Made by a program: the position numbers and the translations under genes. Below the pieces are notes generated by a model. That model was not told where the DNA came from and made no database searches. It saw nothing but the letters and a program-made list of their open reading frames with translations. A DNA stretch of 64,000 nt, from assembly GCA_965230295.1 (NCBI GenBank), contig OZ246001.1:3008001-3072000 (forward strand), given 5' to 3'. Below are positions 10,107 through 20,622 of the stretch, piece after piece (positions within the stretch are counted from its first letter, which is position 1; the number at the start of each line of letters is the position of its first letter). The DNA comes from Marinicella sp. (GTDB lineage: Bacteria; Pseudomonadota; Gammaproteobacteria; Xanthomonadales; Marinicellaceae).

Positions 10107-12401
10107 ATGCAAACTTCTCAAGTTAATATAATTAATACTCCTTTTAAAGTTGGTGATTTTATAGTCAACCCTTCCTTAAGGACTATTACTAACAATAAAA
10201 AAGAAGTAGAAACCGTTCAGCCGAAGGTTATGGAACTGTTGTGCTTTTTAGCCAGTCATCAAGGCGAAGTTGTTAAAAGGGACACCATATTTGACTATGT
10301 ATGGAAAGATACTTATGTCAGTGAAGATGCGATGCACAGAACGGTATCATTGGTACGAGTGGCGCTGAATGACAATCCAAAGAAACCTGAGTACATAGTT
10401 ACAATTCCCAAAGCAGGGTATCAACTGATTGCCCCAGTTGAAATTGAAGGGAAGGAAACTGCACAACAAGATGATATTCATTATAAAAGGGCGTTTCTGG
10501 TTTTATTACCAGCATTTGTACTGTTATGGTTTTTGGTTCAATATTACACCCAACCCTCATATGCAGAAGACACAAGGGTCAGTTTTATTCCAATTAATTT
10601 GACTAAAAATGTTACATCTGAAAATTCAGATGAGTGGTTGTTTGAAGCAGGCCTTGTTTATTTAACTGAAATGATTGGGAAAAACAGCGATATCAATGCC
10701 AGAGCCCCGGTTCGTGAGTGGCGTCACAGTGAAAACAGTTCAAATTTGGCTATCAGCTTAATCGATAATGATAAAGCAGATTTGGTTGTTTTGGCAGATG
10801 TTGGAAAAGAAGAAGAGTTTTTTATATCTACGGTGCAAATCAGAGGAAGTAACGGAATTGTTGGCGAGCATCAATTCAAATCAAACTCAATCAACAGATT
10901 GATGGGTGACATCAATAACTGGGTAGGAGAGAGAGTCAGTGAGGATCAAATAGTGGTTGGCAACGATTTGATTGAGGAACAATTCCCCGAGCTCAGTGAT
11001 GATGATTATGCGGTAGAAAGTTTTTTAAGAGGGCTGTCAGCACAGCTACAAGGAGACGCAGGAAAAGCCATCAATTTTTTTGAGACGTCCATAGAACAAG
11101 ATCCTGATTTTCAATTGGCATGGTATCAGTTATCATTGGCAGAGAGGTTACAAGGTAATTATCAGAGGTCGATGGGAATATTAAATTCTCTAGAGAATTT
11201 GAAGAATGGTACATTTACTCATAGAGTTGCCAATGCAAAGGGAAATCTACTTTGGAGAACTGGAGAATATGATAAAGCTTTGGCTTCTCACGAAGTAGCG
11301 TTAACACATGCAAAAGAAGCAAAAAATCTTGATCATATAAGAAAATCTCTAGCAAACATAGCTTTGGTGAATTTAGAGTTGGGTGATACTCAAGCAGCAA
11401 GAAAAGCGCTTGATGAAGTGTTAACAATATTTAATGAAGAAAAACACGTAAAGATTCTGGGATATACTTACAATACATATGCTCGTTTGGAATATGAGGA
11501 ATATAATATAGCCGAAGCCATCGAAATGTCAAAAAAGGCCATAAATGCATTCTCATTGGAAGGAAATAGACGGGCGGAAACGAATGCAAGAGCCAGGCTT
11601 GGTGGTTATTTAATAGATATGAATCAATTTTCTGAAGCGGAAACCATTGTAACTGAAACGCTTTTTTTCAGAGAAGAATCTGATGACCGGTCTGGAATGA
11701 TTTCAAGTTATAATAAATTAGGCAAAATCTCTTTGGCTACAGGAAAGTTTGATGACGCTGAAAAACATTATATGAAAGTAACTTCACTCAGCAAGGCTTT
11801 GAAAGATAAAAATGATGAAGCTGAAAGCTACCTGAATTTAAGTCGTGTGTTTCTGATTAGCCAAGATTTACAGAAAGCCAGACTATACATTCAATTATTT
11901 AAAGATAATTCAGGTTCTGATGATGTGTCAAACATATATGCCAAAATACTTGATTTGCGTCTTGCAATTGGTGAAAAGAACTTTGAAAGCGCCCAAAAGA
12001 TTGTTGATGAGTTTGATGAACAAGATTTTCACTTGTACTACCTTTACAGTGGTGATTTTTATTATGAAACAGAAGACTATGAGTCCGCAGAGATTCAATA
12101 TCGAAAATTTCTAAATGAAATGCAGGCTAGAGGTAGAAATATTGAAATTGTTACAGGGTTTAACAGGTTGACGAGGATGTATTTGAAAACTGATATGAAA
12201 AAAGCGGCCTCAATCATAGACCAAACAAAATCATTGAATCCATTTTCATATCCTTACCTTAAATACAAGGCCATGGTAGCAAAAGAGAACAACATAGTTG
12301 ATGCTCAATCTTTGCTAAACGAACTTAAGTTATCGTCCAATGATTTTTGGTCGCCAGATGATCAAATTCTTCTGGAGCAGTACACAAAACTAATGGATTA
12401 A
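10107..12401 (+). CDS. CadC/ToxR-like membrane transcriptional regulator: OmpR/PhoB-type wHTH + TM helix + periplasmic TPR sensor
   Basis: QPKVMELLCFLASHQGEVV..VW..VSEDAMHRTVSLVRVALND..YIVTIPKAGYQL, then TM FLVLLPAFVLLWFLV, then long TPR array. Confidence 0.9.
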   Translation: MQTSQVNIINTPFKVGDFIVNPSLRTITNNKKEVETVQPKVMELLCFLASHQGEVVKRDTIFDYVWKDTYVSEDAMHRTVSLVRVALNDNPKKPEYIVTIPKAGYQLIAPVEIEGKETAQQDDIHYKRAFLVLLPAFVLLWFLVQYYTQPSYAEDTRVSFIPINLTKNVTSENSDEWLFEAGLVYLTEMIGKNSDINARAPVREWRHSENSSNLAISLIDNDKADLVVLADVGKEEEFFISTVQIRGSNGIVGEHQFKSNSINRLMGDINNWVGERVSEDQIVVGNDLIEEQFPELSDDDYAVESFLRGLSAQLQGDAGKAINFFETSIEQDPDFQLAWYQLSLAERLQGNYQRSMGILNSLENLKNGTFTHRVANAKGNLLWRTGEYDKALASHEVALTHAKEAKNLDHIRKSLANIALVNLELGDTQAARKALDEVLTIFNEEKHVKILGYTYNTYARLEYEEYNIAEAIEMSKKAINAFSLEGNRRAETNARARLGGYLIDMNQFSEAETIVTETLFFREESDDRSGMISSYNKLGKISLATGKFDDAEKHYMKVTSLSKALKDKNDEAESYLNLSRVFLISQDLQKARLYIQLFKDNSGSDDVSNIYAKILDLRLAIGEKNFESAQKIVDEFDEQDFHLYYLYSGDFYYETEDYESAEIQYRKFLNEMQARGRNIEIVTGFNRLTRMYLKTDMKKAASIIDQTKSLNPFSYPYLKYKAMVAKENNIVDAQSLLNELKLSSNDFWSPDDQILLEQYTKLMD

Positions 12402-12616
12402 CAGGCTCTTTTACCAAAAAGACTGAAACTTGATTCTGTTTGTTTGCGTGTTGTCGCAGTAAGGATATGGTTATTGAACTGATTTCACTCCAAATGCACC
12501 CCAGGTACAACTATTCTCAAATCACCTCTTCAGGCAGTGCTCCAAATCTCTTTCAACTGATCAGAATCTTACTTTTGCGGAATTAATTAATGTTTCAAAT
12601 TTCAGGTTTGATCAAT

Positions 12617-12644
12617 ATCAGATAATAATCAGGACTTAGTAAGG
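12617..12644 (+). promoter_or_regulatory. 11-bp-period box
   Basis: ATCAGA 12617, ATCAGG 12628, GTAAGG 12639; TAATCT -10 at 12665-12670. Confidence 0.75.
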
Positions 12645-12680
12645 TGTTGTTCTGGTTGAGGTCGTAATCTATCAACTTTC

Positions 12681-12726
12681 GGAAACATGAGTTTTATTCG
12701 TTATCTGAATGTAACCTCATGCTTTG
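12681..12726 (+). promoter_or_regulatory. Conserved 5'-UTR hairpin (copy 1 of 3)
   Basis: AAACATGAG-TTTTATTCG-ttatc-TGAATGTAAC-CTCATGCTT; related hairpins at 19463 and 32014. Confidence 0.5.
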
Positions 12727-12787
12727 CAGTTGGTACTTTGTCAAACATTGCAAAAAGTACATTGATTAATTAAGAGAAGGAAAAGTT

Positions 12788-13789
12788 ATGAATAGTTCAA
12801 GAGGTTTTAAGAAATTAAAAGGTTTGGCGTCTGCCGGCGCATTGGGATTTGCGGGCATGTTGGGAGCAGGCACCAACCGGGGAGGAGGGAACACAGTTGG
12901 TACTTCATTTTCATTGACTGGTGACAATGTTGTATGGAATGGTTTCTATAATGGGAGATCGTTCCCCTCATCTCATGCAGTCACAACCACCAATGGAGCC
13001 GAATACACCACCGAAACTACCCCTGCCTATTGCATCACTGATGCAGTGATGTTCGAAAACTCAAGTACTTACAGTAATGCTTTTGATTGTGCGATGATTT
13101 TAGCTGTAGATGGAATTCTGTTTATGAACCCTGATTCAAGTGTGACATTAGATGGGAATACGGTAACATCAGATGTGGTTACAGACATCACTCCAGGTAT
13201 TGATGCCCAGATCCAATACCGTATATACACAGATCGAAAAGTGGTCAGAGGTTTGTACTCATTGACCAACACTACATCAAGCAGTATCGATCTCAGTGCA
13301 GCCATTTTGGGTGATTATGGTTCTGATCTCGACACCAATATTGAAACATCCAGCAATAACAATGAAACAATAGAAAATTCTGATTTGTGGTTCATCACCA
13401 GCGATCTGTTTGATTCACGCATTGCAGACAAAAACACAACCCAAGGAAGTGGAAGTAGTTATGGCCCAGTCGTGACTACTACAAGATATGGGGTTGGTGC
13501 TGAAGTCATTCCCACCAACGCCTTAACCCCGATTAATGATGGTGCTGTCTATGGTCTACGATATCAGCTTAATATTCCAGCTGGGACAACGGTTCGAATT
13601 ATGGTGTTTCATGAATTGGGTCTACCTGTACTTGCTAGTATTCCAAATCAAGTTGCAGACGCTGCTGATTTTGAATCAATGACATCATTAGATGTGGCTG
13701 GGTTGATAGATGATTTGGATGATGGCATAAGGGATACTGTTGTGAATTATGGTGACAGTGACGTCATTTTCAATAGTGGTTTTGAATGA
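12788..13789 (+). CDS. Exported protein with atypical Gly-rich leader; paralogue of 19587..20567
   Basis: Leader KGLASAGALGFAGMLGAGTNRGG, beta-rich body, tail DVIFNSGFE. Confidence 0.8.
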   Translation: MNSSRGFKKLKGLASAGALGFAGMLGAGTNRGGGNTVGTSFSLTGDNVVWNGFYNGRSFPSSHAVTTTNGAEYTTETTPAYCITDAVMFENSSTYSNAFDCAMILAVDGILFMNPDSSVTLDGNTVTSDVVTDITPGIDAQIQYRIYTDRKVVRGLYSLTNTTSSSIDLSAAILGDYGSDLDTNIETSSNNNETIENSDLWFITSDLFDSRIADKNTTQGSGSSYGPVVTTTRYGVGAEVIPTNALTPINDGAVYGLRYQLNIPAGTTVRIMVFHELGLPVLASIPNQVADAADFESMTSLDVAGLIDDLDDGIRDTVVNYGDSDVIFNSGFE

Positions 13790-13819
13790 TGAAGCAGCAA
13801 ACCAACCGTTCATTCAATA

Positions 13820-13848
13820 AGGGCACCACCTGATGTGGTGGTGCCTTC
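13820..13848. terminator. Hairpin between convergent genes
   Basis: AGGGCACCACC-tgatgt-GGTGGTGCCTT. Confidence 0.65.
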
Positions 13849-13873
13849 TCTCTATCTATTATATTCAAAAAGT

Positions 13874-14914
13874 TTAACCAAAAGGCAAAGACAAAACACG
13901 CCTGATTTCATCATTCATAAAGCCAATAGCCATCGGTCGTTTGACCCCAGGTAATACACAAACATCGTACAATTCCTTAACCACACCTTCAATTCTTAAT
14001 TCATGCACAACATCACCAGATATCAAGTTGACCACTTGTAAGGCACAACGGGCCTGAACTTTTTTAGCCTCCAATTTATTTTGCAAACTCAATCCCTCAA
14101 AAGTCTTGTTTTCTCTTGGTTTAGATAAGCCCAATACCGCATAATCACCATGAAAGCTCATGCCACGCAAATAACCTGGACAAAAGGTTAGGGCTACAAA
14201 TTCGCCTGTTTTCAAGTCAATATACCCAAATTCACCTTCACCGGAGTTGAGTACCCATAATTTACCTTGGTACCAACGGGGTGAATGTGGCATGGATAAA
14301 CCATCAGCCACAACCACATCATTTTGTACGTCTATCACCACGCCTCCAGATCGACGGTGTTCACGCCAACCTTCATTAACATCAGTCTGACTGACACTGG
14401 TAACAAAAGCAGCTTTGCCATCTTTAATGGCCAAACCATTTAAATGACAGCGGTCCTCAGCAGCCAGTTTAGTGATGTACGGTGGCTGCCATACGTGTTC
14501 AAAACTGTGCGTATCACTGGGCCGTGACAAACAACTGAACAAAGTATTGACAAAAATAACGCCCTCATCATCAATCGCCACATCATGAGCATCAACATCA
14601 CCGGTGGTATAACCAACTTGTGGAAGGTATACCCGGTCAAAACCTTGATGGTATTGACCGGGTTTTAACGCATTCTCAAAACGCCAAAGTTGAAATAAAT
14701 TAGCCACCCAAAGGCTTTGGCTTTCAGGGTCCAAGCCAATACCCATACAGCGAGCGAATGTGCGTTCAAACACCGACAGTTGTTCATCGGCTTGCATGCC
14801 GATAAAAAACAGCTTTCCGGCTTGATAGGTTGAAAAACTGAGACTGATGTTTTGTTCTTGTAACCAACTGCAAAATTGTCTGGAACCATTGAATTCGAGT
14901 TTAGGAGTTTTCAT
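13874..14914 (-). CDS. TIGR03032 (DUF4915) family protein
   Basis: SRQF..WL..STYQAGK, TGDVDAHD, FVNTLFSCL, WQPP.ITKLAAEDRCHLNGLA, GLSMPHSPRW, FCPGYLRG. Confidence 0.9.
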   Translation of the reverse strand: MKTPKLEFNGSRQFCSWLQEQNISLSFSTYQAGKLFFIGMQADEQLSVFERTFARCMGIGLDPESQSLWVANLFQLWRFENALKPGQYHQGFDRVYLPQVGYTTGDVDAHDVAIDDEGVIFVNTLFSCLSRPSDTHSFEHVWQPPYITKLAAEDRCHLNGLAIKDGKAAFVTSVSQTDVNEGWREHRRSGGVVIDVQNDVVVADGLSMPHSPRWYQGKLWVLNSGEGEFGYIDLKTGEFVALTFCPGYLRGMSFHGDYAVLGLSKPRENKTFEGLSLQNKLEAKKVQARCALQVVNLISGDVVHELRIEGVVKELYDVCVLPGVKRPMAIGFMNDEIRRVLSLPFG

Positions 14915-14942
14915 CGGGTTTAATTTATATTAAGTTTGACCG

Positions 14943-16553
14943 TTATTCAAAACCATTGTTAAATATGCCATCATAACCAAACACCACATAACTGGTACCC
15001 GCTGAGGTGATACCATTAGATTCTGCTAAAGGGGCGCCAATGATCAAGTCGTCGACACCATCGCCATTGACATCTCCTGCTGCATTGACAGAACCCCCAA
15101 TGGCATTGCCAGTTGTGCCGCCAATCAAGGTTATGCCACTGTCAGGCCCAATGTCAGACAGATCTACAGGACTGTTAAAACCACTGGTGGTTCCAAACAC
15201 CACATAACAGCTACCTGCTGTGTTGATTCCATTTGGGGTTGCATAAGGGGCGCCAATGATCAAGTCGTCGATACCATCACCATTGACATCACCTGCGGTA
15301 CTGACAGACTGACCACTGATTTCACCAGCTGTGCCACCATTCAGGATGAAACCATTGACCCCATCAAGATTAGCTAGATTTATAGAGCCCGTAAGACCAA
15401 GATTGATGGCTCCAAACACCACATAGCTGTTACCCGCTGAACTGATACCATTTGGTTCTGCAAAAGGAGCACCAATGATCAAGTCATCGATACCATCACC
15501 ATTGACATCACCAGCAGTGCTGACAGACTGACCACTGTTTTCACCAGTTATGCCACCGCTGCCATATAGGGTGAAGCCATTGGTCCCATCGAGGCTAGCT
15601 AGATCTATAGAGCCCGTAAGACCAAGATTGCTGGCTCCAAACACCACATAACTGCTACCTGCACCGCTGTTGCCATTGGGGTCTGCATTAGGAGCACCAA
15701 TAATCAAATCATCGATCTCATCACCATTAACATCACCTGCGGAACTGACAGACTGACCGCTGCTTTCACCAGCAGCGTCTCCATTCAGGATGAAACCATT
15801 GGTCCCATCCAGGCTAGCTAGATCTATAGAACCCGTAAGACCAAGACCACTGGCTCCAAATACCACATGGCTAATACCAGCTGCACTGGTAGCATTTGGG
15901 CTGCCAATAATCAAGTCATCGATCCCATCACCATTGACATCACCTGCTTTGTTGACAGAAGTGCCACTGAAGTCATCAGCTGTACCACCATTCAGGGTGA
16001 AGCCATTGGTCCCATCAAGGCTAGCTAGATCTATAGAGCCCGTAAGACCAAGATTGCTGGCTCCAAACACAACATAGCTTTTACCAGCTCTGCTATGACC
16101 ATTTGGGCTTGCACGAAGAGCCCCAATGATCAGGTCATCGATATGATCGTCATTGACATCACCTGCGGTGCTGACAGACCAACCACTGCGATCATTGTCA
16201 GCATCACCATTCAGTGTAAAACCACTGGATCCAAGGTCAGACAGATCTATGGTGCTGGGAAAACTGCCAGTGGTTCCAAACACCACATAGCTTTCACCAG
16301 CTGAGCTTCTCCCACTTGGGTCTGCGAAAGGAGCGCCAATGATCAAATCATCGATACCATCGCCATTGACATCTCCTGCTGTGCTGACAGAGTATCCACT
16401 GTGATCACTTGCTGCACCACCATGCAGGGAAAACCCATTGCCGCTGGATCCCAGATTAGATACATCTACGGTTGGGTTAGATTGTGCAAGGCTTGATTGA
16501 TGTACTAAAGCTAATACCATCGAAAAGGTCAGCTTGTTACGTTTTATGTTCAT
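14943..16553 (-). CDS. Secreted FG-GAP repeat protein
   Basis: Eight AGDVNGDGIDDLIIGAP-type repeats; start MNIKRNK (ATG 16553); tail DGIFNNGFE. Confidence 0.92.
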   Translation of the reverse strand: MNIKRNKLTFSMVLALVHQSSLAQSNPTVDVSNLGSSGNGFSLHGGAASDHSGYSVSTAGDVNGDGIDDLIIGAPFADPSGRSSAGESYVVFGTTGSFPSTIDLSDLGSSGFTLNGDADNDRSGWSVSTAGDVNDDHIDDLIIGALRASPNGHSRAGKSYVVFGASNLGLTGSIDLASLDGTNGFTLNGGTADDFSGTSVNKAGDVNGDGIDDLIIGSPNATSAAGISHVVFGASGLGLTGSIDLASLDGTNGFILNGDAAGESSGQSVSSAGDVNGDEIDDLIIGAPNADPNGNSGAGSSYVVFGASNLGLTGSIDLASLDGTNGFTLYGSGGITGENSGQSVSTAGDVNGDGIDDLIIGAPFAEPNGISSAGNSYVVFGAINLGLTGSINLANLDGVNGFILNGGTAGEISGQSVSTAGDVNGDGIDDLIIGAPYATPNGINTAGSCYVVFGTTSGFNSPVDLSDIGPDSGITLIGGTTGNAIGGSVNAAGDVNGDGVDDLIIGAPLAESNGITSAGTSYVVFGYDGIFNNGFE

Positions 16554-16708
16554 ATTTCTCTCACCAAAAATTAACATATTTAATTAAAGTTTGAATGACT
16601 GAGTACACCACGTATCAACTAAAGGAAAGTGATATAGGCGTCAATAACAAATTCATTCAATATAATTAGAAATTGTCTTTTTATTATGCAAACCACAGCA
16701 AGAAAACA

Positions 16709-16736
16709 CCTGATTAAAGTCAACGTTTTTCCTGAT
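16709..16736 (-). promoter_or_regulatory. 11-bp-period box
   Basis: CCTGAT 16709 and 16731 (22 bp apart); CATAAT -10 at 16683-16688. Confidence 0.7.
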
Positions 16737-16849
16737 TTCTGTGAACATGTCTATAAAATCAGTGGAGAAAGTCAATGTCAAACTAAAGAGGTTTTTGATT
16801 CATTTTGTTTAAATGAGAAGTTGTTCCCCCATGTCTGTATGCTTTATGA

Positions 16850-16998
16850 ACAAATACCATCAGTGCTTTATAATCTTACATACCGATAAAATAATTTAAT
16901 GGTTTGACGAATTGAGAAACTGAGGCTGATGTCTTGTTCTAACTATTACCAGCAAACATGTCTGGAGTCATTGAGCTTGAGTTTAGTCTTTTTATTTG
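16850..16998 (-). pseudogene. Decayed copy of the 5' end of the TIGR03032 gene
   Basis: 16917 AACTGAGGCTGATGTCTTGTTC..TGTCTGGAGTCATTGAGCTTGAGTTTAG resembles 14837 AACTGAGACTGATGTTTTGTTC..TGTCTGGAACCATTGAATTCGAGTTTAG. Start codon lost. Confidence 0.7.
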
Positions 16999-17021
16999 GA
17001 ATCGAATTTCACAATGCTTGA

Positions 17022-18614
17022 CTATTGATTAAAGCCATTAGCAAATATGCGATCATTACCAAACACCACATAGCTACTACCTGCATTGTTATTACCATTT
17101 GGGTCAGCATAAGGAGCCCCAATAATTAAGTCATCGATACCATCACCATTCACATCTCCAGCTGTGTTGACTGAATGGCCACTTTTATCACGGCCTCCAA
17201 CACCATTAAGCGTAAGACCAGTACCGCTGACCTCCAATGTTGAAAGATTGATTGGGCCCATAATATCAGTGGCTCCAAAAACGACATAGCTGCTACCAGC
17301 ATCAGTATTTCCATATGCGTCAGCGTAAGGAGCGCCAATAACCAAGTCATCAATTCCATCACCATTCACATCACCAGCTGTAGCGACAGATTGGCCGCTC
17401 AAATCTGTTGGTGCACCACCATATAGGGTAAAACCAGTACCGCTGGTCTCAAGGGTTGACAGATTGATTGGGCCAGCAATGTCATTAGCTCCAAAAACCA
17501 CGTAGCTGCTACCAGAATCAGTAACGCCGTTTGGGTCAGCATAAGGAGCCCCAATAATTAAGTCATCGATACCATCACCATTGACATCTCCAGCTGTGTT
17601 GACTGAATGGCCACTTTTATCACCGCCTCCAACACCATTAAGCGTAAGACCAGTACCACTGGCCTCCAGGATTGACAGATTGATTGGGCCCATAATATCA
17701 GTGGCTCCAAAAACGACATAGCTCCTACCTGCATCAGTATTTCCATATGCGTCAGCGTAAGAAGCGCCAATAACCAAGTCATCAATTCCATCACCATTCA
17801 CATCACCAGCTGTACTAACAGAATTACCAGTGAAATCAAGAAAAGCGCCGCCATTTAAAGTAATACCTCTACCATAGGTCTCTAGGGCTGACAGATCTAT
17901 GGGACCAGCAATATCACTGGCACCGAAAATCACATAGCATTCACCAGCTATGCCATCACCATTAGGTGCCCCAATAATCAAGTCATCGATGCCATCATTA
18001 TTCACATCTCCAGCTGAGCTGACAGAGTAGCCACTGTTAATGTAACTTCCAACTCCATTCAAGGCAAAACCTCTACTGCTGGCCTCAAGGTTTGATAAAT
18101 CTATGGTACCTGCAATATCACTGGCTCCAAAAATCACGTAGCTACTACCAGCATTTGTGATGCCATTTGGGCCTGCACTAGGTACCCCAATAATTAAATC
18201 ATCGATGCCATCATCATTGACATCACCTGCTGTGCTGACAGAATAACCACTCTCATCACCAGCTGTATCACCATTAAGAATAAAACCACTACCATTGGCT
18301 ATAAGGGTTGAAAGGTCAATAGTATTTGCAATACCACTGGTTCCAAAAATAACATAACTGCTACCAGCTGAGGGAATATCATTTGGGTCTGCACGATAAG
18401 CGCCAACAATCAGGTCATCAATGCCATCTCCATTGACATCTCCTGCCGAGCTGACAGAAAAACCACTGCGATCACCAGAATTACCACCATTCATGATGAT
18501 ACCTCTGTTGGGGATTAAGTTTGATAGGTCTATATTTGTGTCTAATTGTGCCACAGTTGTTTGTTGAAAGGCCAAAGCCACCAATGCAACCAGTTTTTTA
18601 TGTTTAATGTTCAT
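17022..18614 (-). CDS. Secreted FG-GAP repeat protein with internal two-blade duplication
   Basis: Eight FG-GAP repeats; near-identical DNA blocks at ~17100-17380 and ~17530-17810; tail DRIFANGFNQ. Confidence 0.92.
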   Translation of the reverse strand: MNIKHKKLVALVALAFQQTTVAQLDTNIDLSNLIPNRGIIMNGGNSGDRSGFSVSSAGDVNGDGIDDLIVGAYRADPNDIPSAGSSYVIFGTSGIANTIDLSTLIANGSGFILNGDTAGDESGYSVSTAGDVNDDGIDDLIIGVPSAGPNGITNAGSSYVIFGASDIAGTIDLSNLEASSRGFALNGVGSYINSGYSVSSAGDVNNDGIDDLIIGAPNGDGIAGECYVIFGASDIAGPIDLSALETYGRGITLNGGAFLDFTGNSVSTAGDVNGDGIDDLVIGASYADAYGNTDAGRSYVVFGATDIMGPINLSILEASGTGLTLNGVGGGDKSGHSVNTAGDVNGDGIDDLIIGAPYADPNGVTDSGSSYVVFGANDIAGPINLSTLETSGTGFTLYGGAPTDLSGQSVATAGDVNGDGIDDLVIGAPYADAYGNTDAGSSYVVFGATDIMGPINLSTLEVSGTGLTLNGVGGRDKSGHSVNTAGDVNGDGIDDLIIGAPYADPNGNNNAGSSYVVFGNDRIFANGFNQ

Positions 18615-18768
18615 ATGCCTTTTCCAGGATTGCAGTTACTTACTGAAATGGTTTGTTTACTAAACCTGAATTCTGTATTGACTAATGAAAAGTGATGTAT
18701 GCATCCATAACAAAAGTATTCTATACAAAATTTGATTGATTTAATTTTCTTAAACAAATCAGAAAATT

Positions 18769-18807
18769 CCTGATGAAAATCGACTTATTTTCTGATATTA
18801 ATCTGAT
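18769..18807 (-). promoter_or_regulatory. 11-bp-period box
   Basis: CCTGAT 18769, TCTGAT 18791, TCTGAT 18802. Confidence 0.65.
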
Positions 18808-19398
18808 TGACGTTAAAAGCTAATGGGCCGGTAGCCGAAAAATTTAAGAGATGATTTAGGAGATGCATTTTGGGATGTTATTCTGAACCATTGCGACGGT
18901 GAATACCTTAAACTAAGGAATAGTCAGGAATCTAAAATCAATTATTCAGCAACTCAAGATGTCAATTTACATTATTTGAATTTTCATAAATTAAGATTTG
19001 ATGTTCATCCAATCGGATAGTCAATATCTTGAAGTGAATGATCAAGAAAGCTACATTCTATTCATTCAAAAAAACACACCCAACAAAAAATATCATTAAA
19101 TGATCTCTTAATTATCAAAATCCTCGTTCATATTCAGCTTCTAGCCAATTATTTAGGACAAGTTCTGATGTCTTTTCAAAAAAACTCAAATTATGGGTCC
19201 AGAAAATTAACAAGTACAATTCAATGTAATAGCTAAACCGATTGAAATCGGTAAACCTTCAAAATCTCTAGTGGCAGAAGCCAACACATGATCAGATGAC
19301 CTAACAGCTTAATGTTAGTTGATTCGATGTTTTTTTCAATTCAGAAACTTGTTTCAAGCACACATGATCTGAATTCTGTATTTTTCAGCTTTGGCAAC

Positions 19399-19426
19399 AT
19401 CAGATAATAATCAGGAGTTCATAAGG
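19399..19426 (+). promoter_or_regulatory. 11-bp-period box
   Basis: ATCAGA 19399, ATCAGG 19410, ATAAGG 19421; TATTAT -10 at 19447-19452. Confidence 0.75.
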
Positions 19427-19586
19427 TCTTATTCTAGTTGGGGCGGTATTATTTCATTCGATGAAAACATGATTCTTGTTCGAAAATTGAACCAAACCAC
19501 ATGGTTATCATCGGTGCTGTCAGAACTGGAAGTAAATAGTTTTTTTCGACTTAAAGAATTTGGTGAAATGTATACGGGGAAATTCA

Positions 19587-20567
19587 ATGATTAAATCAAT
19601 TGGATTTAATAAATTAAAAGGGCTGGCATCTGCCGGTGCTTTGGGAATAGCGGGTATGCTGGGAGTAGGGGGCAATCGGGGAGGATCCAGCATTTCTGGA
19701 ACCCTCTCATTGACTGCTGACAATGTGGTCTGGAGATTCAATAATGAAGATTCATTTCCTACTTCAGGCACAGTCATCACCACCGGTGGAGCCATATATT
19801 CAGTCAGTCAATCAGCATATTGTGTCGTCGAAGCCATAGTCTTCGACAGCTTAGCAGCTTACTCAAATGCATTTGCCTTTGACAGTGCATTGATCTTAGG
19901 AGTTGATGGTAACTTATTTTTTAATCCAGATTCAACTGTGATTTTGGACGGAAATACAGTGACCTCTGATGTGGTTACAGACATCATTCCAGGGGTTGAT
20001 GCTCAAATTCAATACCGCATATTCACTGATCGAAAAGTAGTTAGGGGTTTATTTACTATGACCAATACTACACCAAATAGTATCAGTCTGAATGCTGCCA
20101 TTTTGGGCGGTTTTGGTGCGAATGAATCAGACATCAACATTGTGGCAACCAGTGATGCCGATACCAGCATAGATAATTCTGATTTGTGGTTTGTCACTGA
20201 CGAAGACACAGCCCAAGGTGGTGACGACCCAGTCATAACCACTACCAGGCATGGTGTTGATGCCGAAGTCGTTCCCACCAATGCCTTGACCCCGATCAAT
20301 GACGGTGCGGTTTATGGCCTCAGATACCAACTTAATATTGCAACAGGAGAAACGGTTCGGGTCATGGTGTTTCATGAACTGGGTTTGCCTAATTTGGTTG
20401 ACATCACAAATCAAGTTGCTAAAGCAGCTGATTTTGAATCGATGACATCATTAGATGCGGCTGGTTTGATCAATGATTTGAATGATTCTGTCAGAGACAC
20501 CATTGTGAACTATGGCGACAGTAACTTCATTGACGACATCTTCAAAGATGGATTTGAAAGCAATTGA
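19587..20567 (+). CDS. Exported protein with atypical Gly-rich leader; paralogue of 12788..13789
   Basis: MIKSIGFNKLKGLASAGALGIAGMLGVGGNRGG (ATG 19587 after GGGA); tail DDIFKDGFESN. Confidence 0.8.
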   Translation: MIKSIGFNKLKGLASAGALGIAGMLGVGGNRGGSSISGTLSLTADNVVWRFNNEDSFPTSGTVITTGGAIYSVSQSAYCVVEAIVFDSLAAYSNAFAFDSALILGVDGNLFFNPDSTVILDGNTVTSDVVTDIIPGVDAQIQYRIFTDRKVVRGLFTMTNTTPNSISLNAAILGGFGANESDINIVATSDADTSIDNSDLWFVTDEDTAQGGDDPVITTTRHGVDAEVVPTNALTPINDGAVYGLRYQLNIATGETVRVMVFHELGLPNLVDITNQVAKAADFESMTSLDAAGLINDLNDSVRDTIVNYGDSNFIDDIFKDGFESN

Positions 20568-20622
20568 AAAACAATCGATCAACACAGCTACCAGATAGGG
20601 TGCTCTTAATACTGGTAAAGAT

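Noticed and set aside
12681-12726. Known riboswitch (c-di-GMP-I or -II) in the conserved leaders
   Set aside because: The characteristic consensus motifs are not recognisable; an Infernal search is needed.
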